Virus record (IMG/VR): IMGVR_UViG_2904560550_000001
Coordinates: 32,001-96,000 of that record
Length of the DNA stretch: 64,000 bases
Reading direction: 5' to 3' (one strand)
DNA from: a virus
Lineage: Duplodnaviria; Caudoviricetes
Shown here: in pieces, positions 1 to 10,372 of the stretch
Layout: the number at the start of each line of letters is the position of its first letter
Numbering within the stretch: the stretch's first letter is position 1
Made by a program: the position numbers and the translations under genes
The notes under the pieces: generated by a model
Databases searched by the model: none
What the model was told of the DNA's origin: nothing
Seen by the model: the letters and a program-made list of their open reading frames with translations, nothing else

Positions 1-645
1 GTTTAACTCAAGGACTACTTCTTCTTGAGATTTTGACATTAAATTATCCTCCTTTTTGTTACTGTTTAATTCAAGTAAAATGGCAGCGTCATCTGCAGGG
101 TCAATACCTAAAATTGCATCACCTGTAAAGTCAAATTTCATAGGTATACGTCCTTGTTCTTTCCAGCCACCTTCATATTCAATTGCATCTGAACCTTCTA
201 CAGCTGCTATCTCAACCGAGGTTTCAGGGAAATCACCATCAAACATTTTTGATTTTAACCATTGAACAAATTTAGGGTAGCGCTGGTTGTATAGGAAGCC
301 TTCAGCTATTAACACTCTTTTTGGCTCACCATTAACATCTATAGTATCAATGTAAGCATTGGTGGTCGTACCAACCACAGCGCTGTTTTCAAAGAGCGGG
401 GTACCGTCCTTGACTTCTGTTAACCCGTGTCCGAATGGCTCACTGTTTTCATCATCCAAGAACTCTGCGCAAATTGGCATTAACTTGATTGATTCAAGGT
501 TAGCGTTTATGTATTTCTCCAGCCAGGTAATGCCATTCTTGTTAAATTGAGTATTGTTTTCATGAATTTCAAGAACGACCCACTTTATGTATGTCTGACC
601 ACTGGTTTTCTTCTGATTGTTAATTTCTAAAATCGTGCTTTTCAA
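1..645 (-). CDS. yonD: Putative prohead protease/scaffold protein, runs off the left edge of the window
   Basis: GGAGGTGA RBS then TTG at 645 (MKSTILEINNQKKTSGQTYIKW...); frame appears open to the edge; directly downstream of the portal. Confidence 0.75.
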   Translation of the reverse strand, partial: MKSTILEINNQKKTSGQTYIKWVVLEIHENNTQFNKNGITWLEKYINANLESIKLMPICAEFLDDENSEPFGHGLTEVKDGTPLFENSAVVGTTTNAYIDTIDVNGEPKRVLIAEGFLYNQRYPKFVQWLKSKMFDGDFPETSVEIAAVEGSDAIEYEGGWKEQGRIPMKFDFTGDAILGIDPADDAAILLELNSNKKEDNLMSKSQEEVVLELN

Positions 646-662
646 ATACTTATCACCTCCTC

Positions 663-2204
663 TCAAGAGCCAGAAGGCGTTCCGTTACTGTTATTTGTCT
701 TCGATTTAATCGTGTTTTCATTTTTCGGATCATCGATCTCAGGTGCGCCGGCTGACTTATCGCTATTCTTACTCATTGTGAAAGAGGTCGCATGAACAGG
801 GAACTTTTCATCAAAACCTTCGTCTTTTTCATATTCCATTAGGGATAAGTAAGCATCAGGATTCCATCCAGTCGCGGCTATCCAAGCAATAAGGCTACCT
901 CGACCACTTGTATAAAGATCTTTCATGTTTTGGACTTTTTCTTTCCTGTTAACGTGAGTAAGAGGGAGGTAATAAACCTCAATATAAGAGCGAGGATCTT
1001 TGATGATATTGGCGTTTATCACCTTGTTAAACTCAATTTGAATTTGTTCTAACCAGGAGAATATTTGGGAAGAAACCATCTCGATATTGGTTTGTTGAGA
1101 AGAGTAGTTACCATCTTGCCCGTTGAGAGCAGAACCGGCAAATCCTAAATTTGTAGTAATTCGCTTAATGAGCTCGTCTTCACCTTTAACCTTCAAGAAA
1201 TCCACATTGGTTTCTAACTTGTCTAATTTTGTTCCCGAAGCCAAGGAGAAGAACTTAACACCTTTAACGCTTCCTTTAGCAACTAATGCTTTTTTTATAT
1301 TCTCATGCTGCTGTTCCTGTTGCTTCTGAGATAATGCAGATTTACCTTTTTGATCACCTTCAGGGAAAGTCTGATAAATTAAAGTGCTGTTGAGCTCATC
1401 TAAAATGTTCCGTTTAGTGTCAACAAAGTATTCATCATAAACCATATCAATAAATGCAGATAAACCGATTGGGCGTCCCCATTGATCTTCAATGTCGCTG
1501 CTTCCTTTAACAGCAATGGTCTTATTGTTATCAAGAACTAGCCATTTTCGATTTTGATCTTTCTTATAAGCCCTATAGCCTTGTCTAATTTCTTCTGGCC
1601 ATCGTCTAAGCTTGAGCGATCTTCCGTTACTTGTGAACTTGTCAAAATAGGAAACATCAAAAGCTAACTGATAAGAGGAGTTTTTCCTGCCTATAATTTT
1701 GCAATAATCGAGAGGAAGGGGGAGAACGGAACAATTAAAGTCGTCAATAGCATTTGATTCAGTTATTGATCCGATCTCATTGTCACTTAGAGTAGTGGGG
1801 AAGGAATCATTCACCACAGAATCAAAATAATAAAAACCAGTGCCATATTTGCTGAGTTTTCCTAATGCATCCCTGACAGCACTTTTGTCGCCGATTTTTC
1901 TTAAAGCCAGGTTGAATCTTTGTTTGTTCGATTTGAAACTATCCACTTTACTTGATCCCAAAATAACTCTGTCTAAAGTAGGAAGGGCAACCATGTAGTC
2001 AATAACGTTTCTATACACGCCATTTGCGTTATAAAGCAATTTAGAGGCATCTCTAATCTGTTTATTATAGGCGTTGTGGTCTTTCAGCCATGATTTAACT
2101 TTGTCGTAAGAAATGCCGTTAAATAAATCATTAAAAAACAATGAATCAAGCGGCGCTAAATTCGTATTAAATTCATATGATGACTGTGGTTCAGGTGTAG
2201 TCAT
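663..2204 (-). CDS. yonE: Portal protein
   Basis: 513 aa, between terminase and protease, GAGGAGGTGA RBS; WGRP motif seen in portals. Confidence 0.85.
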   Translation of the reverse strand: MTTPEPQSSYEFNTNLAPLDSLFFNDLFNGISYDKVKSWLKDHNAYNKQIRDASKLLYNANGVYRNVIDYMVALPTLDRVILGSSKVDSFKSNKQRFNLALRKIGDKSAVRDALGKLSKYGTGFYYFDSVVNDSFPTTLSDNEIGSITESNAIDDFNCSVLPLPLDYCKIIGRKNSSYQLAFDVSYFDKFTSNGRSLKLRRWPEEIRQGYRAYKKDQNRKWLVLDNNKTIAVKGSSDIEDQWGRPIGLSAFIDMVYDEYFVDTKRNILDELNSTLIYQTFPEGDQKGKSALSQKQQEQQHENIKKALVAKGSVKGVKFFSLASGTKLDKLETNVDFLKVKGEDELIKRITTNLGFAGSALNGQDGNYSSQQTNIEMVSSQIFSWLEQIQIEFNKVINANIIKDPRSYIEVYYLPLTHVNRKEKVQNMKDLYTSGRGSLIAWIAATGWNPDAYLSLMEYEKDEGFDEKFPVHATSFTMSKNSDKSAGAPEIDDPKNENTIKSKTNNSNGTPSGS

Positions 2205-2222
2205 TATTCACCTCCTCAATCT

Positions 2223-5200
2223 CTAATTAAAAAAGAATCCAAATGAATACTCATCATCGGATTCTTCCTTTTCTAAAAATAAAGCTATGTAATACAGAGC
2301 ATAAGCAATTGCACTGTACCTATCCTTATCAATTCTTTTTACAACTTGCTCAACAGTGAAAGAATTCTGTGTCTTTTTAATTCGGAGGTTTGCAACTTCA
2401 TCAATGAACAATTGGGTTTGAATACATGCTGCCTCAATCATTACATCATCAGATATGCTTTTTTGGTTCTTGATGTCGTCATAGGACTTAAGCAACTTTA
2501 ATTTTCCGGACTCTACATAATCCAGGAATTGAGTAATAATGTCTTGGTTAATACCTTGGGATTTTAGGTTATAAACGATTTCCGGCGAATTTGGAACATC
2601 TGGCTTTTGATCAGTGTTTATTGTAGCCCAGCACCCAAGTTCTTCATTTGTCTCCGGATCCGTAACGTCCTCTAATAACCGGTCGATTAAACCGCCACCG
2701 ACTCCGTTTCCATCGACAATAACAGCTTTAACTCTTGAGAGGGAAGTATCTTGATTTCCTCCATAGTTTTTGAAAACTCTTTTTACCATGATTGATTGTT
2801 CTTTAAAACTCAATCCGTTTGGCGGCTCTATAATATTGACTACTTGAACTTGCCTAATGAGGTTGTTGCTGTTTCTGATAATCTTCAAAACGACGATAGC
2901 TGTTTTATTGTTTGATTCAGCTGCAGAGCGGGCTACGTCAACACCGATTACATATTCATATAGCAAGAAGTTCTTATTTTTATCTCTCGGGCAAGAAAGT
3001 TCAGGATGGGTAATTGTCCGAGCTTTGATCAATTTACTGATATTAATTAAAGCACCGTCACTTGCACCAATCCAATCACAAAGATAGTTTTGACGGAATC
3101 GAGTTACGTTCCCTTGTCGTGCTTTATTAATAACAGACATTTTTTGACGACCAAAGTGAATAGGAATACGCCAATCAGATCCGAATACAAAGGATCCTTT
3201 AAGGTCACCGGTTTCCTTAACCATCGTAAGGATTTTTTCATATTCATCTGAGTTTTTATATCCTGATGTAGAGAACCGGTTAATCTGACCATTTAATTCA
3301 GCGGGATCAATTTCGCCAGTCATGGTTGTGCGAGGGATGTTAAAAATCGGCTCGATAGCATCATCGTATAAATCTTTATCAATCAAGGCAGATTCTTCTA
3401 AGGAGCCACGTCTTCTACGTAAACCCTTAGAGGATTGGGCGTTTGCCAGGTTATCAATGATCGCCCCATTTTGAAATTCAACCCGACCACTGTCTTTTGA
3501 GAAGTTTTCACTCTTGATTTCATCTTTAATGGAAGGGTAAAACCTTAAAATTTCCTCATGCTTTTCTTTCCATATTTTTACCGCCGATTCCTTTGTGGAA
3601 GCGGTAATGGCTAATGTTACATTAGGGAAACAAATAGCTGTATGGTAAGCAACCATGATCTGGGTAAGCGTATTATGACTAACAAATCCATTACTTATAA
3701 ATGAGTTGGTTAAAGGCATGTATAAATCATAAACGTAGTTCTCTGAGTCTTCTGTTTCAATTACTTTAGTATAATAGTAATTAGAATCATAAAGCTCTAC
3801 TAAATGGTTGAATTCAACGCTATCTTTATTATCAAAACGCTCATTTTCATTTAATAATAGTGATAATTTTTCGTAAGTAAGTTCATTAGATCCTTTTAGA
3901 ACATGATAAAATTTATCTCTAGTTTTACCTTTAGGATAAATCGCTATAATATTATCTTGCTGATAAGGGATGACATCTTTATTTGGATTACGATTTTTGT
4001 TACATATTGAAATAAGCTTTTCTTGCTTTCTTGAACAACTAAATCCAATTTCCCGTAAAAAAAGATCAATATTCTTTGTAGAAATATTGACCTTATAATG
4101 ATAAGTATTAAATTTTTTATTTAGATACTTTTTTCTAAAAGAAATAATATCGAAGTTTAAAAGTAACAATTGAACTTGTTTACTCATTTTTTCTGATGCA
4201 GTGCAAAATTGTACGCTTTTATTTGTCACACATCCATCGGTATCAAAAAGACCTTGTATTGTTTTTGCAACAATATTTTTAGGTGCTTTTAGTATAATTT
4301 TAGGTATTTCCTTGCCAAAAGCATCTTTTTCTTCCAGTCCTAATTGTCTGAAAAATTCTCGAATGAGCTTACCGAATACGATAAAATTGATTCTATCTTT
4401 TTGCTTAACTGCAACACCTAATACGTTGTTAAAATAATCTATGTAATTATTTAATATATCTTCGTCTTCATTTGTAAAAAGTATTGAATTGTTTCTTGTC
4501 AAACAACCATCACCAAGAAGATAGCCAATAATTAATGCTAATTGTTCATCAATGCATTCAGGAATATTAAATTTGTTTCTTTCTACTTGCCATCTTCCTT
4601 GATTACTAAATCCATTTAAGAAATCATCAAAGTTTACATTTAGCTTTGTTTCATTCCCAAATACATTATTGTTTCTTGAAATAGGTAATAAATCCCCAAC
4701 TTTAATTTCACTAGAATTTTTGTATCTTAGTTTTCCATCTTCACACATTACCAATACTGGGTGATTTAAACTTGCTTCCAAGTCATAGCCACCTTGAGTT
4801 TTGATTTTCTTTGTTTTCTTGAAACCACTTGATATACCGCCCATAGAAGTTTCCATTAGGCCATATCTGTTTTTCATTGAAATTTTATGTATTGTTTCAA
4901 CTTCAGATTCTTTTTTTTCGTAATTGAATAGTTCGCCAATTTCTACTAATCCATTTTCAGTGAATAGAATTGTGTCTCCTGCAACACATTTTGATCCGCC
5001 ACGTGGAATGCAGAAGTAATTCTGAGGGAAGCGACTGAGGGTTCTCATCATAACTCTTTGGTATAAATCCAACTCAATTCCGCCGACTTCAGGTTTCAAC
5101 ATATCGTAAAAAATGTCTGGATAAAAACGAATAAATGAGGTGAACTCAGCCCACTTGGAGATATTCTTTCCAATGAGGTTTGAATTGTCATCTGGATTCA

Positions 5201-5288
5201 GAGGAGTTTCAAAAGCTGCGTCGTAAATATCTGTTCTGTTTTTTGTGTGCTTCTTGTTTTTTGAGGTAAAGTTTTTATAACTAGCCAT
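2223..5288 (-). CDS. yonF: Terminase large subunit with intein
   Basis: Walker A PRGGSK/T split by the intein; GLR coupling region; nuclease motifs GVDVA, DGNGVG, KDRYSA; 582 aa after splicing. Confidence 0.92.
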   Translation of the reverse strand: MASYKNFTSKNKKHTKNRTDIYDAAFETPLNPDDNSNLIGKNISKWAEFTSFIRFYPDIFYDMLKPEVGGIELDLYQRVMMRTLSRFPQNYFCIPRGGSKCVAGDTILFTENGLVEIGELFNYEKKESEVETIHKISMKNRYGLMETSMGGISSGFKKTKKIKTQGGYDLEASLNHPVLVMCEDGKLRYKNSSEIKVGDLLPISRNNNVFGNETKLNVNFDDFLNGFSNQGRWQVERNKFNIPECIDEQLALIIGYLLGDGCLTRNNSILFTNEDEDILNNYIDYFNNVLGVAVKQKDRINFIVFGKLIREFFRQLGLEEKDAFGKEIPKIILKAPKNIVAKTIQGLFDTDGCVTNKSVQFCTASEKMSKQVQLLLLNFDIISFRKKYLNKKFNTYHYKVNISTKNIDLFLREIGFSCSRKQEKLISICNKNRNPNKDVIPYQQDNIIAIYPKGKTRDKFYHVLKGSNELTYEKLSLLLNENERFDNKDSVEFNHLVELYDSNYYYTKVIETEDSENYVYDLYMPLTNSFISNGFVSHNTLTQIMVAYHTAICFPNVTLAITASTKESAVKIWKEKHEEILRFYPSIKDEIKSENFSKDSGRVEFQNGAIIDNLANAQSSKGLRRRRGSLEESALIDKDLYDDAIEPIFNIPRTTMTGEIDPAELNGQINRFSTSGYKNSDEYEKILTMVKETGDLKGSFVFGSDWRIPIHFGRQKMSVINKARQGNVTRFRQNYLCDWIGASDGALINISKLIKARTITHPELSCPRDKNKNFLLYEYVIGVDVARSAAESNNKTAIVVLKIIRNSNNLIRQVQVVNIIEPPNGLSFKEQSIMVKRVFKNYGGNQDTSLSRVKAVIVDGNGVGGGLIDRLLEDVTDPETNEELGCWATINTDQKPDVPNSPEIVYNLKSQGINQDIITQFLDYVESGKLKLLKSYDDIKNQKSISDDVMIEAACIQTQLFIDEVANLRIKKTQNSFTVEQVVKRIDKDRYSAIAYALYYIALFLEKEESDDEYSFGFFFN
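3672..4988 (-). mobile_element. Intein (439 aa) with LAGLIDADG homing endonuclease
   Basis: Starts CVAGDT, has block B ASLNHPV, LAGLIDADG-like IIGYLLGDG and IQGLFDTDG, ends VYDL...NGFVSHN followed by Thr+1. Confidence 0.95.
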
Positions 5289-6295
5289 TACTCTTCATCA
5301 CCTGTGTCATAAAGAGGTTCTTTGTACACATTCTCTAAATCTCTGAACACATTGTTACGAGCACTCTTCAGTTTATCAATTTCTTCAGGCGACAATCCTT
5401 TTGATTTGAAGTCCTCTTCGAGCATTTCATCATAAAAGTGGTAAATGTCTTTGTAATCGACTTTTTCCTTATCTTCAAGCCTTCTGTAATAATTTATAAT
5501 CGCCCAAATGATGAGATCAGCGTCATCATATGGTTGAGCTGCTAAACGAGGGAGAAGGGGGATAATGCCCAATTCTGTTTCAACGGCTTCAAATAATTGA
5601 GAAAGTACATCGACACCACCACTGATATCGCTCTTACTTAACTGAGATACATTAATTTTTGCATCTGTAGCTGCTTTTGAAGCTAATGAACCCCATTCTT
5701 TAGCTTCTTTTACATCACCTTTAGCAGTTGCTAATTCCTCTTTTACACGAAAACGAATATATGAAAGCAAGCCTTCGGTATGAAGTGTGGTTTTTTCTCC
5801 GTAATTTCGAATAAGTTTATTGTATTTTCTTTCAAACTGACGGTACTCATCAGGGGTGTAACCAATTCCCCATTTATCAATCAGGTCATCTGAGATTTCA
5901 GGTGGGCTAGCACCAGAATTGTTTGTAGGCGTAGATTCCTCTATAAGTGGATTCTCTGGTTGTCTTTCAAAAACACTGTCTTTATAACCAGTACCGTTAA
6001 ATTGCTTCAATGAATTAGCCATTGTCATATAAGCGCTAAATGTATCTGTTTTTCTCTTTTCAGCTTGTTCCCAATACAACGGATCAAATTTAACATCAAT
6101 CTGTTGTAAGACTGTATATATTGATTCAATATTGTTGTAATCAATGTTTTTCTTCAAGCAAGTCTTGCAAATAGGGACTTTTCCAGTCTTCTCATACAGA
6201 CTGCTTCGTGAATTATAGAACCCTGACTCTTTGTCCTTTTCTTTCTGACAAGCAGCACAGATCAATTTTTCCTTTTCTTTAGCTTTTCTTGGCAT
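5288..6295 (-). CDS. yonG: YonG-like protein, probable terminase small subunit
   Basis: GGAGGTGA RBS before ATG 6295; N-terminal CxxC...CxxC; stop overlaps the terminase start. Confidence 0.7.
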   Translation of the reverse strand: MPRKAKEKEKLICAACQKEKDKESGFYNSRSSLYEKTGKVPICKTCLKKNIDYNNIESIYTVLQQIDVKFDPLYWEQAEKRKTDTFSAYMTMANSLKQFNGTGYKDSVFERQPENPLIEESTPTNNSGASPPEISDDLIDKWGIGYTPDEYRQFERKYNKLIRNYGEKTTLHTEGLLSYIRFRVKEELATAKGDVKEAKEWGSLASKAATDAKINVSQLSKSDISGGVDVLSQLFEAVETELGIIPLLPRLAAQPYDDADLIIWAIINYYRRLEDKEKVDYKDIYHFYDEMLEEDFKSKGLSPEEIDKLKSARNNVFRDLENVYKEPLYDTGDEE

Positions 6296-6488
6296 TGGTT
6301 CACCTCCGAATAATTGGTTCAAAAACACGTTTTATAAAACGCCCAGCAATAGAGCGAAAGAGGGATCGCAATCATCACTAGGCGTTCTAAAAAGGTGCTT
6401 TTAATTCTTCGTAAAATAATTACAAATTTTCTTTGATTTTTCCTTTTGTTATGATGTTAAATATAAATACAGATAAGGAGGAGTCATA

Positions 6489-7211
6489 ATGAAAATAGAA
6501 TTATTCTGTTCAGTTTGCGATAATAACAGCCCTGTAGAAGTAGAGGTTAATGAGACTAATATGTATGAACTAACTTGTAGCAAAGGGCATAAAAGCAAAT
6601 GTTTTGTTCAGGTGCAGAAATTTGAATTACTCTTTGAATTAGGAACCTATGCTTTGCTCGATGGATATACAAGGGAAGCCGTATCGAGTTTTGCCGTGGC
6701 GATAGAGAGATTACACGAATACTGTATTAATATCTTAATGATAAAAAATGGAGCTTCAAAAGAACTCAGAGAACAAACATTTAAAATGGTATCTGTAAAT
6801 TCAGAAAGACAATTAGGCGCTTTTTATTATCTTTATGTAAATGAGTTTCAAGAGCCCCCTGAACAAATTTCAAGGACTAGGGTTACATTTAGAAATGCCG
6901 TTACCCATAAAGGGAAAATACCTACATATGATGAGACAATTGAATATGCTGAGTATGTCTTTGGATATATGATTCGATTGTTGCAAAAACTTAGATCGAT
7001 GGAGAACATCAGTACCCATGAACTCCAACATTACAATGATTATCAGTTACCCCCTTATGACTGTAAGGATACATCTCCGAGTAATATTCCTAGCGGAAAG
7101 GTGGTAATATCAATGATCGGCACCTCAAGTGGAAACAAAGATTACAGTGACAAAGACTTCAAATTGCAATTAGAACAACTAAAACAAAGAGAAAGATGGT
7201 TATATAACTGA
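6489..7211 (+). CDS. Zn-ribbon plus HEPN-like protein, inserted opposite to the late operon
   Basis: AGGAGGAG RBS; CSVC/CSKGH ribbon; RNAVTH (R-x4-H) motif; followed by a terminator. Confidence 0.7.
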   Translation: MKIELFCSVCDNNSPVEVEVNETNMYELTCSKGHKSKCFVQVQKFELLFELGTYALLDGYTREAVSSFAVAIERLHEYCINILMIKNGASKELREQTFKMVSVNSERQLGAFYYLYVNEFQEPPEQISRTRVTFRNAVTHKGKIPTYDETIEYAEYVFGYMIRLLQKLRSMENISTHELQHYNDYQLPPYDCKDTSPSNIPSGKVVISMIGTSSGNKDYSDKDFKLQLEQLKQRERWLYN

Positions 7212-7223
7212 TCTCCCCTTTTA

Positions 7224-7250
7224 GCGACACCTCGGTGTCGTTTAATTTTT
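7224..7250. terminator. Hairpin terminator between convergent genes
   Basis: GCGACACC-TC-GGTGTCGT followed by a T-rich tail. Confidence 0.65.
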
Positions 7251-7275
7251 ATAATGGTTATAAGTAGTCCTCATT

Positions 7276-7407
7276 TCATTCACTACATTCTTTGCAACAG
7301 TAATCATTACAGTCCCGATGGAGGGATCCGCATTCAATACAACACTCGCACCATGACATACCGCAGAGGTCACATATCCAAATTAAGATTTCGTCATCTA
7401 TCCACAT
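7276..7407 (-). CDS. 43-aa cysteine-rich microprotein (absent from the ORF track)
   Basis: AAGGAG RBS 8 nt before ATG; MWIDDEILIWICDLCGMSWCECCIECGSLHRDCNDYCCKECSE has 10 Cys. Confidence 0.65.
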   Translation of the reverse strand: MWIDDEILIWICDLCGMSWCECCIECGSLHRDCNDYCCKECSE

Positions 7408-7447
7408 ATTTTTTTCTCCTTGTAAATGACCATGATGCTTATATGGA

Positions 7448-8665
7448 TTAATTTAATATGTAATCGTATTGAATAGTCCGGCCTTTGCCAGACTCATAAA
7501 TTGATAGGTTTGCTCCAGCTTTTGCACCTGTCATTAAGCTGTCACTGTATTCATCGGAACCCATAACGGAAGGGAGTTGTATAACTTGGATATTATGAGT
7601 GGTTGCTTCACCTACAGTGAGCATATTCCCGTGGTGGAAGTGGGAGATGTACATGTAATCGTAGAATTTTCGTTTCATCTGTGAGATGTCACGAATAGCG
7701 TTCTTTTTGTTTTTAATCTGGTGTCCGTGACAAGCAACAATTTCAAATTCAAGTAATTTAAAATCTACGATTCCTTCGTCGTATAAAGGAACTTCAATAC
7801 GCTCATTGTCTTTGAGTACGTCATGGATATAAGTAGCGATAATACGCTCTACATCTTCTTTAGGCATTTCCGAGCGATTTGTATTATGTAATCTTAGTTC
7901 AGTATGATTTGCAGAAGGGATATGTATGTACTTAATTTTGACGTGCTTAGAAAGCTCTAAAAGCCATTCAGCTTTGTACCTAGAGTATTTAATCACTTGA
8001 TCAATAAAACCGTACTGAAGGGCAGTTAATTGCGATACGCGCAATGCCATACCTTCAACACTATCAGCACCATTTAACACGACCAGCTCATCTAAATTTT
8101 CTTTGTGAATGTACTCAATAGTTTCAGAAAGAATTTGATTCATACGTTGTAGATATATTTGTTCGTTGTATTCATTGTTGTTGCTTTTAAATTGCTTCCC
8201 GAAATGTTCATCTCCAAATCCTAGCACTGCAGCTCTTTTTGTTTCGCTTCTTTTCAATGGATAGAAGGAAGGCGGAGGAAGAGTGCCTACTTTCTCAATT
8301 GCTTCAGTTACATTTTCATATAGAAGCTCTGTTCGTCCTTTGACACGTGTGCTTTTATGTATTTCATGCTTTACAGCTTGAAGCTTCTTTCTCTCTTCCA
8401 TGATTTCAACCTTTTTCATTTCCAGTTCTAGGAGAGAAGAGTTTGATTCAGCTGACATTTCTTTTTGGTATTCAACCCCCTCAATGAAGTTGTTGAACCA
8501 TTTTCTATAAGCTGATTCGCCTTTAGATTCGCCGGTTTCTTTGTTTATTAATTCTTTGATTTCTTCCCAATTAAGATTATAGATGTCTTTATTAGAGCAA
8601 ATTCTAATTTTCCATTCTTTAAGATTTTCATCTGAGTGACGCTTTGTTTGAATAGGATCGATCAT
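7448..8665 (-). CDS. yonJ: Calcineurin-like metallophosphoesterase
   Basis: GDEH, NGAD, ANH, HGH and HFHH motifs; 405 aa. Confidence 0.85.
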   Translation of the reverse strand: MIDPIQTKRHSDENLKEWKIRICSNKDIYNLNWEEIKELINKETGESKGESAYRKWFNNFIEGVEYQKEMSAESNSSLLELEMKKVEIMEERKKLQAVKHEIHKSTRVKGRTELLYENVTEAIEKVGTLPPPSFYPLKRSETKRAAVLGFGDEHFGKQFKSNNNEYNEQIYLQRMNQILSETIEYIHKENLDELVVLNGADSVEGMALRVSQLTALQYGFIDQVIKYSRYKAEWLLELSKHVKIKYIHIPSANHTELRLHNTNRSEMPKEDVERIIATYIHDVLKDNERIEVPLYDEGIVDFKLLEFEIVACHGHQIKNKKNAIRDISQMKRKFYDYMYISHFHHGNMLTVGEATTHNIQVIQLPSVMGSDEYSDSLMTGAKAGANLSIYESGKGRTIQYDYILN

Positions 8666-8677
8666 TTAGTCACCGCC

Positions 8678-8869
8678 TTACTCTACGTCTTTAACAGGAA
8701 GTTCATTTTCTTCTTTTATGGTAATTGAAACATTTTTGCCGTTAAACTCTGAAAGAATTTCTTTGAAATCATATGTATATTCAGCTTCTTTAGTTTGTTC
8801 AGTAACTTCCATTACGTCCATATCAAAATAGCCTTTTACATTAATTTGATGTACTTTTTTGCTTGCCAT
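8678..8869 (-). CDS. yonK: YonK family protein
   Basis: 63 aa, GGAGG RBS, position upstream of yonJ. Confidence 0.85.
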   Translation of the reverse strand: MASKKVHQINVKGYFDMDVMEVTEQTKEAEYTYDFKEILSEFNGKNVSITIKEENELPVKDVE

Positions 8870-8902
8870 TTAAATTCCTCCAATATGTGTTTTATTTACG
8901 TA

Positions 8903-9022
8903 CAATAATCTCCTTCGGAAGCCCGATGATCCGAAGCATCGGTAACGTCCGAAAAGGGGATATAAAGGAGATGAAAAGATAAGTCGGATAGGCGTTGGGG
9001 AAACGCCCGAAGGAGATTATTG
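8903..9022 (-). ncRNA. Predicted four-way-junction structured RNA
   Basis: Perfect 16-bp terminal inverted repeat CAATAATCTCCTTCGG/CCGAAGGAGATTATTG enclosing three hairpins; cUUCGg loop on the minus strand; strand is inferred. Confidence 0.6.
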
Positions 9023-10372
9023 ATAACTTGCGTATCGAAAGGCTCGGAAGCACATTCCGGCTGATCGGTCTTGAAACGCAAGCACAAAAAGACCTTCTAA
9101 CGATTTAGATGGCCTTGTTCTGATTACATTCTAACCCCGTTTCATCTACGTTAGTAGCTCACGTAGGGAACGCAAGCCTTCGGATCGACAGGGATTACGC
9201 TGATTACGGGTTCAGCGATTGAAACCTTTGTAGTCGACAAACTATAAGTAAGTCGAAAATAACAAAAGACGTCATAACGACGTCTTCAGGAACTCCTTGT
9301 ACATCATGGTACATGAGCATAAAAGGCTGGTTATCGCTGTGCGAAATCCAACTGTCTCCTTCTACACATGGCAGATGAGCTATGACAACAAATAATACAC
9401 GCTTTCCGGTATGTGTTTACAGTTCCTATTGCTTTTACATCTTATATATCAAGTTTTTATGTTACTTGCCAACTGCTCATCCCTTAGAGTCTGAGAGTCA
9501 AGAAGAAAATAATTTTAGAAGGAAAGACCCTAATAAGCCTTCTCAATGGCATTTTTTAATGCTCTTGTCGGGTTACACGCCGTATTGAGAAACAAAGCGT
9601 CTCAAACGATCGCCATTTATTTTGCACAGTTTTCTTTGACCCGTGTAAGGAGGTATGTGCATGGGAAAGGTAAGTCTCCATTCAGAACATTGAAGGAGAA
9701 GTAGCGGAGAAGTAGCGAATATGTTACTAAGTGAAATTGAAAAGGCAAGACCGAAAACAATCCTTTCCTGCAAAATGGGAGCGGTGATCAAGCGCCCAAA
9801 AACCATTACGAGGGTATATAATTACAAAAAACCTCGCTAACCGGAAAAAATTTTGATGACCGCATAATAAGCATCAAAGCTTACAAGGGCATTATTTAAA
9901 GGGAAGGGAGACGCATCTACCTTACCTAAGTGCAAGCCGAAGCTATACACCGCAATTAATATTCAGGTTATATGCCACCCATAATAAGGCCCTGATGGGA
10001 TTCAGTCGCAATTTATATTAATGCGTTTAGCCCGATAATAGCCATTTACTAGTCTCCTTAAGATACAGGCATCAGAGTTAACCTCGTAACCCTCATAAAT
10101 GGCCATTATCCGACTAACCACAATGACCAGTTGTAGCTGTAAAGTCGAATTTAATGCTTTTGTTCGTTTGAAAGTGAGAATAGACATGTTTAGAAAAAGC
10201 TTAATCCACGAAGGGGCAATACCCCGCTAATATTCACTTATCCGAAATCCTGGCATTCCAAGTCCTCAAACAAATGAATATTAGCCGAGAACTGATATCC
10301 CACATATCAGTAATCAGCTTATTATTGACGACACCCCCATGCCATCAATAAAAGAACTCTAATTTATCAACC

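Noticed and set aside
7254-7451. 65-aa plus-strand ORF
   Set aside because: Starts just after a terminator with no RBS; the opposite-strand Cys-rich ORF has a good RBS
8896-10187. ORF-track ORFs 8896..9087, 9382..9588, 9573..9806 and 10002..10187
   Set aside because: No convincing RBS, atypical composition, and they overlap predicted RNA stems
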